From the NCBI GenBank assembly GCA_017958465.1, contig JAGDCQ010000011.1, positions 1 through 39,594 of the forward strand: a stretch of DNA of 39,594 nt, given 5' to 3'. Shown one piece after another: positions 37,040 through 39,594 of the stretch (its first letter is position 1; each line of letters opens with the position of its first letter). Below the pieces are notes generated by a model, which was given only the letters and a program-made list of their open reading frames with translations, was not told the DNA's origin and did no database searches. Position numbers and translations under genes: made by a program. The stretch is from Lachnospiraceae bacterium (lineage in GTDB: Bacteria; Bacillota; Clostridia; Lachnospirales; Lachnospiraceae).

Positions 37040-38584
37040 ATGAGAGTAACGAACAGAATGATGACAAACAATATGCTCGCGAATATCAACGGCAACAAGA
37101 GCCGTCTTTCAAAGCTCGAGGAGCAGTATTCGACAGGAATGCGCATCCAGAAGCCTTCGGACGACCCCATCGTTGCTGTCCGTGCGCTGAAGCTGCGTAC
37201 CAATCTTGCAGAGCTCAACCAGTACTATGAGAAAAACATCCCGGATGCAAAGTCCTGGCTTGAGGTTACCGAGAGTTCCCTCAAGAACATCGATTCCATC
37301 ATCTCGCAGATGAACACCTACTGCGTGCAGGGTTCGAACGACACCCTCACCGCAAAGGACAGGAACGCCATCGCCCAGAACCTTAGGGAACTTAAGGACC
37401 AGATCTATCAGGAAGGCAACGCAAACTACGCAGGCCGCTATGTTTTCACGGGCTTCAAGACGGATACGCCCCTTGTTTTCGACGAGAATACCTCAAAATA
37501 CCACTACACCATGACGGAAAAGCTGGACTATACGGCCATCAGCAAGAGAACGCAGGTGCAGAACAGCGTTTCTATCTCGCAGTATAACGAGGCCGATCCC
37601 GCGAACAGCGATTTCGAGAACCGTCCCACAATGTCTGAGGTTTACAGGGTGCGCCTGGCTTACGGCAGCCTTCTTGCCGACGAGGGCGTGACCATCAACC
37701 TGGATCCCGAGTACGACGAGTACGGCGAGGTTTTGAAGGATGATGACGGAAATATCGTTTATGCCGAGAGCTTCACAAATATAAATGTGGTTTCCGAAAG
37801 CGATCCCGACGCCTTTGCTCCCGCAGACGGCGCGGTAAACTTCATCGCGGAGACCGGCGAGCTTATCCTTTCAAAGGAAGTTTATAACGACTGGGTGAGG
37901 GGCGAGCGTGAGTTCCACGTTACCTACAGCAAGAACAGCTTCCTTAAGAACGACCTTAAGCCCGAGCACTATTTCGACTGCGTGCGCACGGAATACGACG
38001 ACAACGGCGACCTTGACGACGTTACAGAGGTTAAGTTTGAAAAGGTAGTGCAGGATATTGAATACGAAGTGAACTTCAACCAGAGGCTGAAGATCAACAC
38101 TGAGGGGTCGGATGCCTTCACACACGCCACCGCGCGTATGTGCGACGAGATCCTGACCGCCATCAGCGATGTTGAGGCTGTGGAGAACAAGCTGGCCCAG
38201 GTGGACAAGATGCTTGCGGATTCAAATACCACAGAGGAGCAGAAAAAGGCCCTCAATACTATGAAGGAAATGCTCGACACCGAGCTTGTTTTAAGGAACG
38301 AAGTCTTAAAGACACGCTGCCGCTCCGGTATCACGGAGACTAAGGAACAGCAGGACTACGCGGGTGTTGCGATAGCGGACCTTGGAAGCCGCTACGTTCG
38401 CCTCGAGCTTACTGAGAGCCGCCTTGCCATCCAGCAGGACGACTTCACGGAGCTCCTTTCGAACAACGAGGACGCAGACCTTGTGGAGACAATCATCAAC
38501 TTCACGGCGGCAGAAACGGTTTACAACGCTTCGCTTTCCGCTGCGGGCAAGGTAGTGCAGAACTCACTCCTCGATTTCCTGTGA
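37040..38584 (+). CDS. flgL: Flagellar hook-associated protein 3 (FlgL), long form
   Basis: Flagellin-like N-terminus MRVTNRMMTNNMLANINGNKSRLSKLEEQYSTGMRIQKPSDDPIVAVRALKLRT and the conserved C-terminal helix. GAAGGAG lies upstream of the ATG. Confidence 0.85.
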   Translation: MRVTNRMMTNNMLANINGNKSRLSKLEEQYSTGMRIQKPSDDPIVAVRALKLRTNLAELNQYYEKNIPDAKSWLEVTESSLKNIDSIISQMNTYCVQGSNDTLTAKDRNAIAQNLRELKDQIYQEGNANYAGRYVFTGFKTDTPLVFDENTSKYHYTMTEKLDYTAISKRTQVQNSVSISQYNEADPANSDFENRPTMSEVYRVRLAYGSLLADEGVTINLDPEYDEYGEVLKDDDGNIVYAESFTNINVVSESDPDAFAPADGAVNFIAETGELILSKEVYNDWVRGEREFHVTYSKNSFLKNDLKPEHYFDCVRTEYDDNGDLDDVTEVKFEKVVQDIEYEVNFNQRLKINTEGSDAFTHATARMCDEILTAISDVEAVENKLAQVDKMLADSNTTEEQKKALNTMKEMLDTELVLRNEVLKTRCRSGITETKEQQDYAGVAIADLGSRYVRLELTESRLAIQQDDFTELLSNNEDADLVETIINFTAAETVYNASLSAAGKVVQNSLLDFL

Positions 38585-38730
38585 TCCAAAACCCACTAAA
38601 GAGTTAATAAGGTCGGGGCAGGGAAAGCATTTTCCTCTTGACCTTGATAAATAAAAAAGATAATATTAAATCAGCTGAAGGAAGGGCGGTCACGCCCTCT
38701 TTCAAATCCGGTGACAGGGAGGTTACCTAC

Positions 38731-39192
38731 ATGTTAGTTAAAACAAGACACTTTGGCGAAGTAGATCTTTCGGAAGACAAAATCCTTACTTTCGACAACG
38801 GCATCCTTGGTTTTGAGGATCATAAGCAGTATACCATCCTTTACGACTCGGGCGAAGAGGAAAGGCCTCCGGTATCGTGGCTCCAGTGCTGCGACATCCC
38901 TGAGCTTGCGATCCCTGTTGTAAGCCCTGTTTACGTGAAAGAGGACTACAATCCGGTGGTGGAGGACGAGCTGCTCAAGTCCCTTGGGGAGCTTACGGAT
39001 GAGAATATCGTCATCCTGCTTACCCTCACCGTTCCCCAGGATCTGAAAAAGATGTCTGTAAACCTTAAGGCTCCCATCGTTATCAATTCCGACAACAGGA
39101 AGGGCGCTCAGGTTATAGCGGAAAACCAGGATTATCCGATCAAGTTCGAGATCTACGATATCCTTCAGGCAAAGAAAGAGGGGAGGGGTTAA
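38731..39192 (+). CDS. fliW: Flagellar assembly factor FliW (CsrA antagonist)
   Basis: Motifs MLVKTRHFGEVDLSEDKILTFDNGILGFED and KMSVNLKAPIVIN. GGGAGG lies 9 nt upstream of ATG 38731. The upstream 31 codons of the ORF lack support. Confidence 0.88.
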   Translation: MLVKTRHFGEVDLSEDKILTFDNGILGFEDHKQYTILYDSGEEERPPVSWLQCCDIPELAIPVVSPVYVKEDYNPVVEDELLKSLGELTDENIVILLTLTVPQDLKKMSVNLKAPIVINSDNRKGAQVIAENQDYPIKFEIYDILQAKKEGRG

Positions 39193-39193
39193 A

Positions 39194-39412
39194 GTGCTGG
39201 CTTTATCAAGACACTGCAATGAGTCCATCATGCTTGGGAACGATATTGAGATCACCGTTCTCGAAGTTAAGGGCGATCAGGTTAAGATAGGTATTAATGC
39301 TCCGAAATCTCTGCCTATCTACAGAAAAGAGATTTACACCCAGATCCAGCAGTCTAATGTTGAGGCTGCGGAGGTTAAGGCGTCGGTAAACGACATCAAC
39401 AAATTGTTCTGA
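39194..39412 (+). CDS. csrA: Carbon storage regulator / translational repressor CsrA
   Basis: MLALSRHCNESIMLGNDIEITVLEVKGDQVKIGINAPKSLPIYRKEIY. The GTG start lies 1 nt after the fliW stop and is preceded by GGGAGGGG. Confidence 0.9.
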   Translation: MLALSRHCNESIMLGNDIEITVLEVKGDQVKIGINAPKSLPIYRKEIYTQIQQSNVEAAEVKASVNDINKLF

Positions 39413-39419
39413 AACAGAG

Positions 39420-39444
39420 CGGCTCCGGACGGGGCCGTTTTTTT
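39420..39444 (+). terminator. Rho-independent terminator after csrA
   Basis: CGGCTCC-ggac-GGGGCCG forms 7 bp including one G-U pair, followed by TTTTTTT (39438-39444). Confidence 0.6.
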
Positions 39445-39516
39445 ATGTCCGGGGTTATGTTTCAACTTCAGTTATCCGATAATACAGACGGAGAAAAATC
39501 TTTTTGTGAAAATTCC

Positions 39517-39544
39517 TAAGGTTTTTTTGTTAACAGTCCGATAA
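39517..39544 (+). promoter_or_regulatory. Sigma-28 (SigD/FliA) promoter for the gene beyond the window end
   Basis: TAAGGTTT (39517-39524), an 11-nt spacer, then GTCCGATAA (39536-39544), against the consensus TAAAGTTT-N11-GCCGATAA. A weaker second match is TTATGTTT-N11-ATCCGATAA at 39455-39482. Confidence 0.6.
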
Positions 39545-39584
39545 AGGATACAGAAGACTAAGTTTCGCCAAGAAGGCGTCAATA

Positions 39585-39594
39585 CACAAGGAGG
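39585..39594 (+). promoter_or_regulatory. Shine-Dalgarno / probable CsrA-binding site of the truncated downstream gene (likely flagellin)
   Basis: CACAAGGAGG at the very end of the window. An A(N)GGA-type motif overlaps a strong SD, downstream of the sigma-28 promoter. Confidence 0.4.

Overview
The window looks like chromosomal DNA from a motile, saccharolytic Firmicute. A Clostridia/Lachnospiraceae-like origin is an inference from gene content and order only. I support about 31 protein genes, almost all on the + strand, and each fits a well-known family.

In order, the genes are:
- a 3' gene fragment
- a GH94 cellobiose phosphorylase (- strand)
- TrmO
- a GH4 glycosidase
- the dgt-dnaG-sigA cluster
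- TrmK
- a TGS/uridine-kinase-like nucleoside kinase
- a divergent ClpX
- a class I aminotransferase
- hisC, interrupted by one in-frame TAA
- a cheR-cheB-cheY-cheA-cheW-mcp operon, plus a convergent MCP
- a ParE/ParC-like type IIA topoisomerase pair
- QueH
- an MFS transporter
- the late flagellar cluster flgM-flgN-flgK-flgK-flgL-fliW-csrA, which ends at a sigma-28 promoter and SD for a gene beyond the window (probably flagellin)

I saw no rRNA or tRNA genes, CRISPR array, transposase or integrase, or recognisable defence genes. I did not find a convincing novel protein-coding system.

The one stretch the gene models do not explain is the roughly 0.85 kb GC-rich non-coding island between cbp and trmO (2651-3529). 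It holds a family of nested palindromes built on one 10-mer, two 97-bp direct repeats, and a 172-nt extended imperfect hairpin that could be a structured RNA or a MITE-like element.

Secondary curiosities:
- a 4 x 37-bp tandem repeat starting in the trmO stop codon
- the ClpX paralogue, with a roughly 150-aa disordered linker and no RKH loop
- the hisC nonsense codon
- two divergent tandem FlgK genes
- quinolone-hotspot substitutions in the topoisomerase pair

All family calls come from reading motifs in the supplied translations. No database search was run.
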